Source: Candidatus Bathyarchaeota archaeon (GTDB taxonomy: Archaea > Thermoproteota > Bathyarchaeia > Bathyarchaeales > Bathycorpusculaceae). Taken from it: DNA of 64,000 nucleotides. Positions 31,580-41,475 of the stretch are shown in pieces. Each line of letters opens with the position of its first letter. Position 1 is the stretch's first letter. The position numbers were made by a program, and so were the translations under genes. Below the pieces are notes generated by a model. That model was not told the DNA's origin. It worked only from the letters and a program-made list of their open reading frames with translations, and ran no database searches. The DNA is taken from contig CAWHDT010000005.1 in the NCBI GenBank assembly GCA_963828195.1, forward strand, positions 32,001 to 96,000, read 5' to 3'.

Positions 31580-32503
31580 ATGATAGACACAGAGAACCTC
31601 ACCAAAAAATTCGGCGATCTAACAGCCGTAGAGAACCTCACCTTGCATGTTGACGACGGCGAAGTCTTCGGTTTCCTCGGACCAAACGGAGCAGGAAAAA
31701 CCACCACTGTGAGAATACTTTGCTGCCTAATATCAAAATCTAGTGGGAACGCAAACATAGGCGGCTATGACATAGGAAAAAAGGAAGACTCAATTAAAAT
31801 CCGCAAGATCATCGGGTTAGTTCCTGATAACGTTGGGTTATCTGAAAATCTGACCGCCTACGACAACATAGATTTTTACGGAAAAATATACGATTGCTCG
31901 GATGCTCAAAGGAAAGAGAACAATAAGCGTTTTCTTGAAATGTTAGGGCTTTGGGATAAGAGAAACGATTTAGCAGGGACCTTTTCCAAGGGCATGAAAC
32001 AAAAACTCGCCATAGCCCGCGCCCTCATCCATGACCCACAAGTCCTTTTCATGGACGAGCCTACTGCAAATTTAGATCCTGAGGCTGCGAAAACAGTCCG
32101 AGATTTCATTCTTCAACTAAAAAAAGAGAAGAAGACAATCTTCCTGAACACTCACAACCTCGACGAGGCGCAGAGAATCTGCGACAGGGTAGCAATAATG
32201 AATACGAGTCTTAGGGCAATTGGTACTCCGCAGGAACTTGAAAGGTCCGTTAGCGGTAGGAAGACAGTTATCGGATTGGACCAGCCAGTGAACGATGCCG
32301 TTTTGGCGGCATTGAAAAAACTGGCGCTCAAAAACCTGTCCACCAGCGGCGACACGATAACATTTGATGTGGAAAACCCAGACAAGGAAAATTCACCTGT
32401 TATAGAGGCTATAGTGTTGGCGGGCGGTCATGTCAGATCAATCAATGTGGTAGGCTCAACTTTGGAAGATACCTATCTAAAACTTGTGAGGAAACAAATA
32501 TGA
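31580..32503 (+). CDS. ABC transporter ATP-binding protein
   Basis: GPNGAGKTT, FSKGMKQK, MDEPT, NTH. Confidence 0.95.
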   Translation: MIDTENLTKKFGDLTAVENLTLHVDDGEVFGFLGPNGAGKTTTVRILCCLISKSSGNANIGGYDIGKKEDSIKIRKIIGLVPDNVGLSENLTAYDNIDFYGKIYDCSDAQRKENNKRFLEMLGLWDKRNDLAGTFSKGMKQKLAIARALIHDPQVLFMDEPTANLDPEAAKTVRDFILQLKKEKKTIFLNTHNLDEAQRICDRVAIMNTSLRAIGTPQELERSVSGRKTVIGLDQPVNDAVLAALKKLALKNLSTSGDTITFDVENPDKENSPVIEAIVLAGGHVRSINVVGSTLEDTYLKLVRKQI

Positions 32504-33243
32504 GACTCTCAAAGGCGTGGCTTGTAGCAGCTAGGGACTTCAAAATATTTAGGCGAGTAAAAAACGTCTGGACTTCAATCATCGTCTTCCCTGTTGTCAT
32601 CTCGGTCCTGTTTCCGGTGATACTGGAGTATGTAAAAGCAAGGGGGAGCCACGGACTCGCAGCGCCGAGTGTGCTTCCAAATTTGCTTACCTCCTTTTCT
32701 TTCTTTTTAGTTATAGGCGCAGCGTACGTTCCCTTAGGGATTGCCTCCTACAGTATAGTGGGGGAGAAAGTGGAGAAGAGTCTGGAACCGCTTCTAGCCA
32801 CACCCCTTACTGACGGAGAAATATTGCTTGGAAAAGCCCTCTCCGCAGTTATTCCAACTTTAGTAGCAATGTACGCGGCTGCTGCAGTCTTCATGGTGGG
32901 CATTGATGAAGTTACTTTCCATACGCTTGGCTACTATTATTTTCCAAACTGGAACATCGCCACTTTGCTCTTGGCTCTGATGCCGGTCGCCATTGTTATG
33001 AGTGTTCTGTTCAGCGTTATTGTTTCATCGAGAGTTAATGATGTGCGCAGCGCCAACAGTTTTGGAATTTTTATTCTCTTTCCACTCCTTGGCATATACC
33101 TTCTCAGCGAGACAAGCATAATAACCCTTGATGTAAACAGCTTGCTCATAATCTCAGGGGTCATCTTAGCGGTTGATGCGGCGCTGTTCTTTGTCAGCAC
33201 CAAGACTTTCCGAAGGGAAGAAATACTAACAAAGTGGAAGTAG
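32500..33243 (+). CDS. ABC-2 type permease
   Basis: SIVGEKVEKSLEPLLATP; about six TM helices; ATGA overlap with the ATPase gene. Confidence 0.9.
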   Translation: MRLSKAWLVAARDFKIFRRVKNVWTSIIVFPVVISVLFPVILEYVKARGSHGLAAPSVLPNLLTSFSFFLVIGAAYVPLGIASYSIVGEKVEKSLEPLLATPLTDGEILLGKALSAVIPTLVAMYAAAAVFMVGIDEVTFHTLGYYYFPNWNIATLLLALMPVAIVMSVLFSVIVSSRVNDVRSANSFGIFILFPLLGIYLLSETSIITLDVNSLLIISGVILAVDAALFFVSTKTFRREEILTKWK

Positions 33244-33277
33244 CAAAGTTGGAAGCGAAGAGGGCGGAGGTGGAACA

Positions 33278-33487
33278 TTGGATCCGAGTAAATATTATCA
33301 GACAAATAAGGGGAGACTTCTTGCGTTTGGAACCGTACTAATAGTTTTGGGCGTTGTCCTCTTTTTTGCAAAAGGCATCCAAGATGCGGTCGTATTACCC
33401 GTCTTTGGAGTGGTATTGCTTATTGCCGGCGTTCTTTATAAGCCGCGGCAGAAGAAACCAGAGAACTTAACCAGCGACACACCCTGA
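33278..33487 (+). CDS. Small two-TM protein
   Basis: GGAGGTG SD; hydrophobic hairpin. Confidence 0.55.
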   Translation: MDPSKYYQTNKGRLLAFGTVLIVLGVVLFFAKGIQDAVVLPVFGVVLLIAGVLYKPRQKKPENLTSDTP

Positions 33488-33723
33488 GCACGATCTCGAC
33501 CGCCGGGTGTCAGTTCCCTCATTGTCCTATTTTTTCTTATTTTTTAGTTCTATCAGCAGCGTCGGTGATTTTTTAAGTTAAATGCTAAATCTACTGCACC
33601 GAAACTTCGTGGGGCGCTCTATCTCCTGGATTAAAGCAGGTAATTAGTCAATTCGTCCAACAATTTATAACATGCGCAATGGTGTTTTCTGCTCAAATTT
33701 ACAGCAAATTGTAACTAGGAGAA

Positions 33724-33798
33724 TGGGCCGGACCGGATTCGGACCGGCGACCTTCTGCACGTCAAGCAGATGTCCTAACCAGGCTAGACGACCGGCCC
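33724..33798 (-). tRNA. tRNA-Val(GAC)
   Basis: Acceptor stem GGGCCGG/CCGGCCC; anticodon arm TCTGC-TTGACGT-GCAGA; T loop TCCGAAT (C at position 55). Confidence 0.93.
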
Positions 33799-34193
33799 AC
33801 ATGCGCGTGTTTTTACGTTGTTTGGCTATTTAGGTGCTTCGTCTTTCTATGCGATGCATATTCAAAATTCTCGCTTCTATTAATCTATTTCCCACCGCTT
33901 AACGAACCAAAAAATTTGAGTTAAGATTTTTGTTCATTACAATGCATATAGCGCCACAGTAAACTGGGAAAGCCATGGCAACCGACTAAGTGCTCTATTT
34001 ACTTGCCAATTTTATAAACCAAAACTCCGATGTTAACGACATCCAGTGGGATCAGAAAAGGCACCTACAGCGAATAACCCGCCCCTCCCCGCTATTTACA
34101 CCCTACTCCAATATGCAAAAAGAGCCTTAACATTTCCAAGTTAAATTGGACGCATTAATTAAGAGGTGCAGACTTGGGTATTGTTGACAGGGC

Positions 34194-34556
34194 ATGGGGC
34201 AGGACAATTTTAAACCGATGATAGTCTGGCTTATTCTTAATGGAAAACCAGAGGAAGCACTGACTTTGCTGGCGAAAAACTATAATGTAAATATCCCCAA
34301 ACTAAAAGTGGGTTTACCGAAAGGGCACAAGATCACCGCATATGGATGCTACACCTCAAAAAACGAAACCATCTCACTTCTAAACAGCGACATAATAGCA
34401 AACCCCTTCGTCATCCTCCACGAGTTTTACCATCACCTGCGCAGCAAATCAGTCGATAAAATGCATAAGGGCACAGAAAAAAACGCTGACAAATTCGCCA
34501 TAGATTTTCTACAGGAGTATCAGGCAGCTGTTAAAAAAGCGCAGAGCACTACTTAA
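34194..34556 (+). CDS. Small HExxH metallopeptidase-like protein
   Basis: VILHEFYHH and downstream E..ADKFA. Confidence 0.7.
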   Translation: MGQDNFKPMIVWLILNGKPEEALTLLAKNYNVNIPKLKVGLPKGHKITAYGCYTSKNETISLLNSDIIANPFVILHEFYHHLRSKSVDKMHKGTEKNADKFAIDFLQEYQAAVKKAQSTT

Positions 34557-34986
34557 AATCCTCTCCAAAGTCTTCTTCTTCAAAATTTTTTCCTATTTCT
34601 TCGGTGATTTCAATGATTAATCTTTCAGTTTTGCAATTGTACGCTGCAACGCAGCCTCGCCCTTCAAACGGGGACCCCACAATCATGAGGATTCTTCCAA
34701 AGAAATAGTTCATATCCACATTGCTGGGTGAAATGTTGCCTGAAGGATGCGAATGCACGGTGCCAACCAACGAGAAATCGCCCGAAAACATGAACGGGTT
34801 AAAACGAACATTGCCATGTCCGTGAGCGGCAAACGGTGCCAAGACAAGGTCAGTTACTTTAATTTCGTTTTTTCCTGGTTTGCCTCTTAGAAGCAGAAAG
34901 CTTTCCCGTGGGTAAAGTTGTTTGGCGCCAGCGTAAATTGCGTCCATTATGTCTTTGGGAACCTTAACCACCGTTGTGGGTGCCAT
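34549..34986 (-). CDS. JAB/MPN (JAMM) metalloprotease
   Basis: YPRE, GTVHSHPSG..SPS.VD. Confidence 0.9.
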   Translation of the reverse strand: MAPTTVVKVPKDIMDAIYAGAKQLYPRESFLLLRGKPGKNEIKVTDLVLAPFAAHGHGNVRFNPFMFSGDFSLVGTVHSHPSGNISPSNVDMNYFFGRILMIVGSPFEGRGCVAAYNCKTERLIIEITEEIGKNFEEEDFGEDFK

Positions 34987-35131
34987 GTCGAAAAAAGATG
35001 TCGTCGTTGGTTAATTACTTTACCTGCATATCAACGGTTTTTTCGGGTTAAAACACAAAAAGCAACGCTTAATTTTACGGAGCTTTCGGTAAACATTTAA
35101 AGAGCGCGCGAAATAGATTGTTGATTTGCTT

Positions 35132-35216
35132 GCCGAGGTGGCAGAGTGGTTAACGCGCGGGCCTTGAGAGCCCGTGGATCGCGAGGTCCGCATGGGTTCG
35201 AATCCCATCCTCGGCG
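35132..35216 (+). tRNA. tRNA-Ser(TGA)
   Basis: GCCGAGG/CCTCGGC acceptor stem; CGGGC-CTTGAGA-GCCCG anticodon arm; long variable arm; GGTTCGAATCC. Confidence 0.95.
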
Positions 35217-35443
35217 CCTAATTGTAATTATTTAATGAATGAAACCCATAGCGTGGGTCAAAAAGTAGCCTATTAAGCCGCAGCCTAAAAAGCACGTTAA
35301 CAACAATAATCCTTCTTGATTAGGAGACAATTCCAAATTCAGCTTTTTTCTCAGACTCATAACCTGCACCGCTAAGCCATTTGTTTTGCGAGGGGAAAGG
35401 CTTTATGAAGGGAAAATAAGTATTTTCAATCCACAATACTTGC

Positions 35444-35517
35444 GGGCCGTTCGTCCAGCCTGGTAAGACGTCGCCCTCACGCGGCGAAGATCACCGGTTC
35501 AAATCCGGTACGGCCCA
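35444..35517 (+). tRNA. tRNA-Val(CAC)
   Basis: GGGCCGT/ACGGCCC acceptor stem; TCGCC-CTCACGC-GGCGA anticodon arm; GGTTCAAATCC. Confidence 0.95.
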
Positions 35518-36295
35518 TATTAGACTCAGCCCCTGCACGGTCTGAGCCCCAATTTGATACGCCCACAGAGTTATTCGCCCTTTGGTGTTCGACTCCCATA
35601 GAGACTCAAACTGTTGTAGGTACGAATCCTTTAACGACGCCACTTTCTGTTACATTAATCTGTTTTTTTCCACTCTCCATTTTTCTCCCGCTTAAATAGA
35701 GTCCTTTGATCAAGAAACAATAAAAAAAATAGGGAGCGTATGATTTGGCGGGTCAAAGCACGTTTTGGTCCAGACGCGCAAGGGTTTCAAGTTTGGGCTA
35801 AGAAGCCACCGTGTCCTGCCAATGTTGACTCAGCCAAACGTTTTTCCTTTTAAGGGAACATGCTTCCCGTTCAACTTGTAGCTTTATTTATCGATAAAGG
35901 GCTTTTTGATAGTTTTTTTGTACTTCGATGTTTAATAAAATTTAGCACACAAAAAAGCAAGCATAGTTTGAAGAGAGAGGGTAACGCGCTATTGCAATTT
36001 TACGTTTTTAGGGACTCGATGTTGCAGAAACAATGATGTAATGTTCATGCTTGCTGCCGTAAATGTCGGAGTATTATGCGTTTTTTTTATGCTTCTTTAT
36101 GTGTATTTTCGAATGTTAGTCGAATTGTTTAATCTTCTACTGGAACCGCCGCAACTGGCTTGGGTTATGGTCCACAATTTTCCGTCGTCGGTATAGGTGA
36201 ATACATATTAGTCCATTACCAGACCATAGTAGCGATAGTCTTTGCAATAGCCAGCGATGGACTAGCCTCCGTTCCCACCCTCCAGGAGTCCGAGG

Positions 36296-36913
36296 ATGAA
36301 AATTCACAAGAGAGTAACGCACATAGCAATTGAGCAGATGCAGGCGCCAGAAGTAATTGTGGAGGGCAAAAAAGTAAAAATCTGCTTAAATGGGTGCGGC
36401 ACACTTGTACCAGAGGGTAACAAAAAATACTGCAGTTTAAAATGCGCTAACGAATTCTACGCCAAACACAACCAAAAAGGATTACGAGAATACCTTCGCA
36501 AACGTGAACATGCCAAATGCCAAAGATGCGGCTGGAAAAACCCTAAAAAGCCACGACTACCGGCTTACCCCAAAAGACCGGGCTGGGTTGAAGGCGGCGT
36601 AAAAGCACACAGATTAGCAATGCAACAATACGAAAAAGATTATGAAGAAATTAGCAAAAAACGTAAAATGATAATGCGGGAATGGCATAAAACATCTCCA
36701 AAGCCCAGAACATTTGTAGCTGACCACATTATACCCATAGCAATAGGAGGGGACGAATTTGACCTCAAAAATGTTCAATGGCTATGCGCCCCCTGCAACA
36801 AAGAAAAAACAAAACACGACCAAGCTACAATAGCCCTCTACCGCAGACGAATCAAACTAATCGGAACCGGCGGGCAACCTTTAACACAATTCAATTCGAT
36901 TGATAAGAAATGA
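36296..36913 (+). CDS. HNH endonuclease with zinc-binding motifs
   Basis: CLNGC..YCS..C, CQRC, ADHIIPIAIGG....NVQWLCAPCNKEK. Confidence 0.88.
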   Translation: MKIHKRVTHIAIEQMQAPEVIVEGKKVKICLNGCGTLVPEGNKKYCSLKCANEFYAKHNQKGLREYLRKREHAKCQRCGWKNPKKPRLPAYPKRPGWVEGGVKAHRLAMQQYEKDYEEISKKRKMIMREWHKTSPKPRTFVADHIIPIAIGGDEFDLKNVQWLCAPCNKEKTKHDQATIALYRRRIKLIGTGGQPLTQFNSIDKK

Positions 36914-37326
36914 CTGATTACGAAATGGTTTATACTGAAGTAAAATAGAATCTATGATAGAAAGTATAGGCAGACCGGAACTGGCAAACATCACAGCAGC
37001 TTTCACGTACCAAACGCCTAAAAACAGCTCCATTCACGAAATTAAGCCAAAAAAGAATTAATGACCAGTTATGCGCGTACTCTTCCAGCGTCCACCGTTA
37101 GAGGTTTTAGTAGTTAATTGGTGAAATTAATGAGCCGCCTAAAAATGGAGCAGTATCTTAATGAGCGATTATGACCTTATTGAAACCGGATTAATTGATG
37201 ATTTGCCAGAACGATGGTTTAAATGTGGCATGTGCAACGCTAAAGTCGAAATATCTTATAGAGGTTGAATTCTTTTTGTCGAATGTTATAGTACTAGTTT
37301 GAGGTCGGAGTAAATTGAGTAACCAA

Positions 37327-37374
37327 AATGAAGAAAATAAAATTAAACCTAATGAAGAAAATAAACCTAAACCT
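37327..37374 (+). repeat. 24 bp tandem repeat, two copies
   Basis: aatgaagaaaataaaattaaacct / aatgaagaaaataaacctaaacct. Confidence 0.75.
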
Positions 37375-37533
37375 AAAAACGCCTATGTTAAAAGTAATCG
37401 TCATAATCGTAAATTTCATAGACGATAGAGAGAAGCGCGCTTATACGGTTTTATTTGGTCATGTTCACGAAATTATGGTTGAAGGTAGCAAAGTTGTCGT
37501 GGAAGACTGTAAAGCAAAAGTGGATAAACTGCC

Positions 37534-37737
37534 ATGTCAGTAACGGAAAAACGTAGCGGTGTTAATCAGGATGAACGGCGTGCTAAAAGTTTGGCTCTTA
37601 AGTTTTTAGCATCATTTCCTAATTACTCGGTTGCTCTGTTTGAATTAAGGTGGACTGAGTTTTTGAAAGAAAAAGCACGATATGGCAACCCAAAAGATAT
37701 AGCCAATGAATTCCTTAAAAAATATGGAGAACTTTAA
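37534..37737 (+). CDS. Small hypothetical protein
   Basis: 67 aa ORF in a run of micro-ORFs. Confidence 0.45.
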   Translation: MSVTEKRSGVNQDERRAKSLALKFLASFPNYSVALFELRWTEFLKEKARYGNPKDIANEFLKKYGEL

Positions 37738-37930
37738 AATGAGTAACCAAACAAGCCTAAAAAATAGCAAAATAAACATCGAAAGTAATAGGATAGCTTT
37801 TGATGCTAAACTGTCCTATTTCTACACTCATCATCAGAACATATAACATACAACAAATAAAATGCGGGTTGGATCATCCTATGCCGCCCAGTCCGTGGAA
37901 AGCCTTTAGGACAAAAAAGTTGGAGGTTGT

Positions 37931-38221
37931 TTAGGGTTTTGCGATAGTTATTTCCATCGTGGAAACCATTCGGGATCTGTTCTCGCCTTCTCGCGGCGGC
38001 ATCTCGACAGTGCCGATTGCAATGTTTGTCACTTTGAGGTCTTTTACGAAGCGGTTTCTTGTGATTTCTACGGAGTCTACTACAGTGGTTATTGCCTGGC
38101 CTCGAGCCTTTAGGGTGAGTTCTTTATTGGCGCCTGAGGAGAACGCGGTTATGATGGCGAGCACGTAGCTCATCGGCGGCTTGTTCCCGACAAATATTAC
38201 GTCATTAGGTTTTTCGGTCAT
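37931..38221 (-). CDS. albA: Alba chromatin protein (copy 1)
   Basis: IFVGNKPPMSYVLA, LKARGQAI, V.....RNRF, IGT, VSTMEI. Confidence 0.9.
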   Translation of the reverse strand: MTEKPNDVIFVGNKPPMSYVLAIITAFSSGANKELTLKARGQAITTVVDSVEITRNRFVKDLKVTNIAIGTVEMPPREGENRSRMVSTMEITIAKP

Positions 38222-38701
38222 GTTCTTTTCACTTCTGGATTCCAATGGTGCCATCAATTATATAGGTACCGATTCGGCAATGCCGTAAGGCTTTCCAAAA
38301 ATTTACCCCATAGAGGGAAGAAGGTCTTATGGGTTTTACCTTATCATCATAACATATAAAATGAATATAATTTATTTTGACTTGGCTTCTCCCATCCCAG
38401 CCGATTCGCGGAAGGGCTTTGAAGAATACTTACAAGAGATATTCCGAAGTCATTGATTGCTTTTTTTCGCAAAAACTAGCGATTGCTCTACTTACAACGT
38501 ACATTGATAGCGAAATGTCCCACATAAGAAATCTAAGGTTTCCGAAAATCGGAATCTTAATCCAGCGCGCGCTGTTGCCAAAAGCTTCAAGCAGTTGCCA
38601 AAGCCCTGAAATCAACCTTCAGTGAGCGTATCTTCCGCCAAACGCTATGTAGAAAACTGTGACTGCAGCATACAAAGCCAAACTGACGTAAACTGAAACA
38701 T

Positions 38702-39289
38702 ATGCAAAGCCGACAGCTAAAGAGTAGACAATGGGACCCACAAAGACTATTCTGTTTCGATAGGTCGTCACTTCAGGGCTCGGCTACCAAGTTTTGGAGG
38801 AGCGCTTTTCCCGGTCAGATTCCGGACAGGCTTGTGATGGCTGAAGAGCTTAAGGGGGACGTGATCTCTCTCGAAGGTGAAGAGTTGGTGGCCGTGGAGG
38901 TCGGGCATGGCGACTCAGACTACAGTACCTGTCTAAACATCCCCTCCATAGGCCTCGAAGTGGCTGGAGATGTAGCCTACAATGACGTGCACCTGTATTT
39001 TGTCGAGTCGAACCATCTAAAACGCGGCGAGTGGATCTCAGCGCTCGACAAGATCGAATCGCTCAATCCGAGAGCTGTGATCGCGGGACACAAGAGGCCT
39101 GGGAGGGAGGACAGCCCCAAGATCATCGAAGAAACCAGGCAGTACATCCGCGATTTCGACCGCTTGGACGGGGTAACGACGACTTCGACGGAACTCTACG
39201 ACCAGATGCTCAAGCTGTATCCCGATAGGTACAATCCTGGCATGCTGTGGACCTCCGCCCGCACGGCCAAAGGTGGGAGTTCCGTTTGA
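38702..39289 (+). pseudogene. N-terminally truncated metallo-beta-lactamase-fold hydrolase
   Basis: GH.DS, VAGDVAYN.VH, VIAGH present; HxHxDH missing; visibly GC-richer than its flanks. Confidence 0.7.
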
Positions 39290-39592
39290 GTGAACTCGTC
39301 AACCGTGCTGCGATGCTACTGGCGCGCGCCCACCCGGACTCGACTGCAGTTAGTTTTTAATGGTAAAAAGGTGCTGGGATCCCCCGTCCAACACCTTTGA
39401 ATATCTCCAATAATACGTATGAAAATGTTATCCGACCGTTTGAGAAGGATTAATTCCTTTGTTTTTAGTGAAGGTTTTGAACTTAAATGGGTTTAGGAAC
39501 GGGCAGCCCCCAGCATGTTCATTTGTTTAATCGCTTTATAGGGCAGTTGCGTAGTATAGGGCAGTAACGTTATGATTAAATGGTGATGGTAA

Positions 39593-39880
39593 ATGTCGGA
39601 AAAATCAAAAATTGTTTTCGTTGGAAAGAAAATGCCAATGGACTATGTTCTCGCTATTATTACAGGTCTGTCGGCGAGCGATGCTAAAGATATAACCTTG
39701 AAGGCGAGAGGACAAGCAATAACCACTGCTGTTGACGCGGCTGAAATAGCGAGAAATCGCTTCCTAAAAGACTTGAAAGTAAACAAAATCGTGATAGGAA
39801 CCGAGGAGATGCCGCCAAGAGAGGGCGAAACCAGAGCACGGATGGTTTCAACAATTGAAATAATGCTTACAAAAGAGTAG
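39593..39880 (+). CDS. albA: Alba chromatin protein (copy 2)
   Basis: VFVGKK.PMDYVLA, LKARGQAITTAVDAAEI.RNRF, VSTIEI; GGTGA SD. Confidence 0.92.
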   Translation: MSEKSKIVFVGKKMPMDYVLAIITGLSASDAKDITLKARGQAITTAVDAAEIARNRFLKDLKVNKIVIGTEEMPPREGETRARMVSTIEIMLTKE

Positions 39881-40132
39881 GAATACTTTGCGAAACACGC
39901 GCTAAGTAAACGTAAAGGCGCGGCACGTTTTGGTCTTCTACCGTTCGATTGAAAATCCCTTTGAAAAACTAAGACAACGTCGCTTTCTCTTATTAGACGC
40001 GCCACAGATTATGTGGCAGTAGTTAAAGATGGGAAAGTCCAATTTAAAGAGTACATTTATGAAAACGATGACTTTGGTGAATTGCTAGATAGGGACGTGG
40101 CAACATGACGTTGAATAGAAGTAAACCTTGGT

Positions 40133-40333
40133 GTGACTATGAAATGTCCCGCTTGCAATAAAATTCTTAAACGAATAGAGAGTGTATGCGGCGAGTACAT
40201 CTGTATTAATCCTGAATGCCTTGAAAACAAGAAAGCACATGTGCAGGGATGCGCGGAGTTTTACGGGCTTACCCAAGCAGACATAAACGCAAACTATCAC
40301 ATAGCACTTACCAAAAATAGGACGCAGAAATAG
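40133..40333 (+). CDS. Small Cys-rich zinc-finger protein
   Basis: CPAC ... CINPEC. Confidence 0.55.
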   Translation: MTMKCPACNKILKRIESVCGEYICINPECLENKKAHVQGCAEFYGLTQADINANYHIALTKNRTQK

Positions 40334-40385
40334 CCAAACACCAAAAGAAGGTAAATAAAATATAAATAAGGAGAATAAACAACCT

Positions 40386-40529
40386 GTGAAAAACTTGAAT
40401 AACGTTTTAGGTCCAAGGTGTTCTTATTGTGGTAGCACTCGCCTTGAAGAAGATGAAGATGTCGTTAAGTGTCTTGATTGCGGCATGGGGAATTATAAGA
40501 AAGGTAGGCATAAGAAGTATTGTAAATAA
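40386..40529 (+). CDS. 47 aa TFIIB-type zinc-ribbon micro-protein (not in the ORF track)
   Basis: AAGGAG SD; MKNLNNVLGPRCSYCGSTRLEEDEDVVKCLDCGMGNYKKGRHKKYCK. Confidence 0.6.
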   Translation: MKNLNNVLGPRCSYCGSTRLEEDEDVVKCLDCGMGNYKKGRHKKYCK

Positions 40530-40570
40530 TTGCTTAGGTAATGATATGGAAAAAAATGGAAAATTTTTAC

Positions 40571-40762
40571 ATGTTCGAATCTAATGGAAGACCACGTAGT
40601 AATTGGGGAAGCAATCAACCTTACGAGTGCCTTCGATGCGGATCAACCACGATGGGTGAAAACATAGAGGAGAGAAACGGCTTAATCAAATGTATCGTAT
40701 GCGGATACAGAGTTTTAAAGAAGACGAAACCGCCAGTAGTAAAGAGAGTTCTCGCAAGATGA
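40571..40762 (+). CDS. rpoP: DNA-directed RNA polymerase subunit P (Rpo12)-like protein
   Basis: YECLRCG...IKCIVCGYRVLKK.KPPVVKRVLAR. Confidence 0.85.
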   Translation: MFESNGRPRSNWGSNQPYECLRCGSTTMGENIEERNGLIKCIVCGYRVLKKTKPPVVKRVLAR

Positions 40763-41035
40763 TATAAGAGCTTTGCATCAAAAATGTTTCTTTTAAGCCA
40801 ATATAACTACTGTCTTTTGTACGTTTTTGGTTTTTTTGCCTAATTAAAAAGTCTTTAATCTGCACAGCATAGAAATAGCCAACAAACACTCAAATCCTTA
40901 GAAAGACGCATAAACACGTTGGAACAGGCGCTTTCTGGCTCAGAAACAAGAACCAAAACAAACGAAAATACATTCCTCCGAGAACATCAGGATTTATAAT
41001 AAAGTTCAGCGTATTAATATTACAGATGGTGCATT

Positions 41036-41242
41036 ATGGCTGTTCTTGAATGCCCATCCTGCAATGAAATCCTTGAAGTCGAAGCGCCTGATAAACTCCA
41101 CTCAGCATTCTCATCAGCAAAGCCAACACAAAAAAGTTCTCATGGCAAAATCATTCAAAAGAAAGTAAGGTGCAAAAACCAAGATTGCAAAAAAACATTC
41201 ACGGTCTACTGGTATGCTCCACTAGAATACTTCTGCAGATGA
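41036..41242 (+). CDS. Small zinc-ribbon protein
   Basis: CPSC ... CKNQDC..FTVYWY; TTTATAA TATA box and GGTG upstream. Confidence 0.65.
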   Translation: MAVLECPSCNEILEVEAPDKLHSAFSSAKPTQKSSHGKIIQKKVRCKNQDCKKTFTVYWYAPLEYFCR

Positions 41243-41475
41243 TGAGCTTCAAATCTGATACTATCGATTAAGTAGCGTTGGCTTTGAAAATTAAGAGAGC
41301 TTATTATTTCAGTTCTAAGTAAAACGTGAAGTTTTGTATTTATGCTAACCAGGAAGGCTCAGCGGGCTTCGCCCGTTTCGCACGAACGCCAACCTAATCA
41401 CTCTTTCTTGGTGAAGACCCTGATAAGGCTGAATCGCCGTCAGCATAAATTGACGTTTATCTGTCCCTTCCGAAA

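Noticed and set aside
33724-33737. tRNA-Val(GAC) as the integration target
   Set aside because: It is in the opposite orientation and has one mismatch to the distal repeat; tRNA-Val(CAC) matches exactly in direct orientation.
35020-35208. 62 aa ORF starting MGFEPMR
   Set aside because: Antisense shadow of tRNA-Ser.
35470-35680. Possible split SSV-type integrase N-fragment (minus strand ...MGRTGFEPV)
   Set aside because: The peptide is simply tRNA antisense, the frame has an internal stop, and no tyrosine-recombinase motifs appear at the other att end.
37328-37543. 71 aa ORF MKKIKLNLMKK
   Set aside because: Arises from the 24 bp tandem repeat; the alternative frame from TTG 37315 has the SD motif and more natural composition.
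41362-41376. GC hairpin GCGGGCTTCGCCCGT as an integron attC site
   Set aside because: No matching GTTRRRY end; its position between convergent genes fits a terminator or small repeat.
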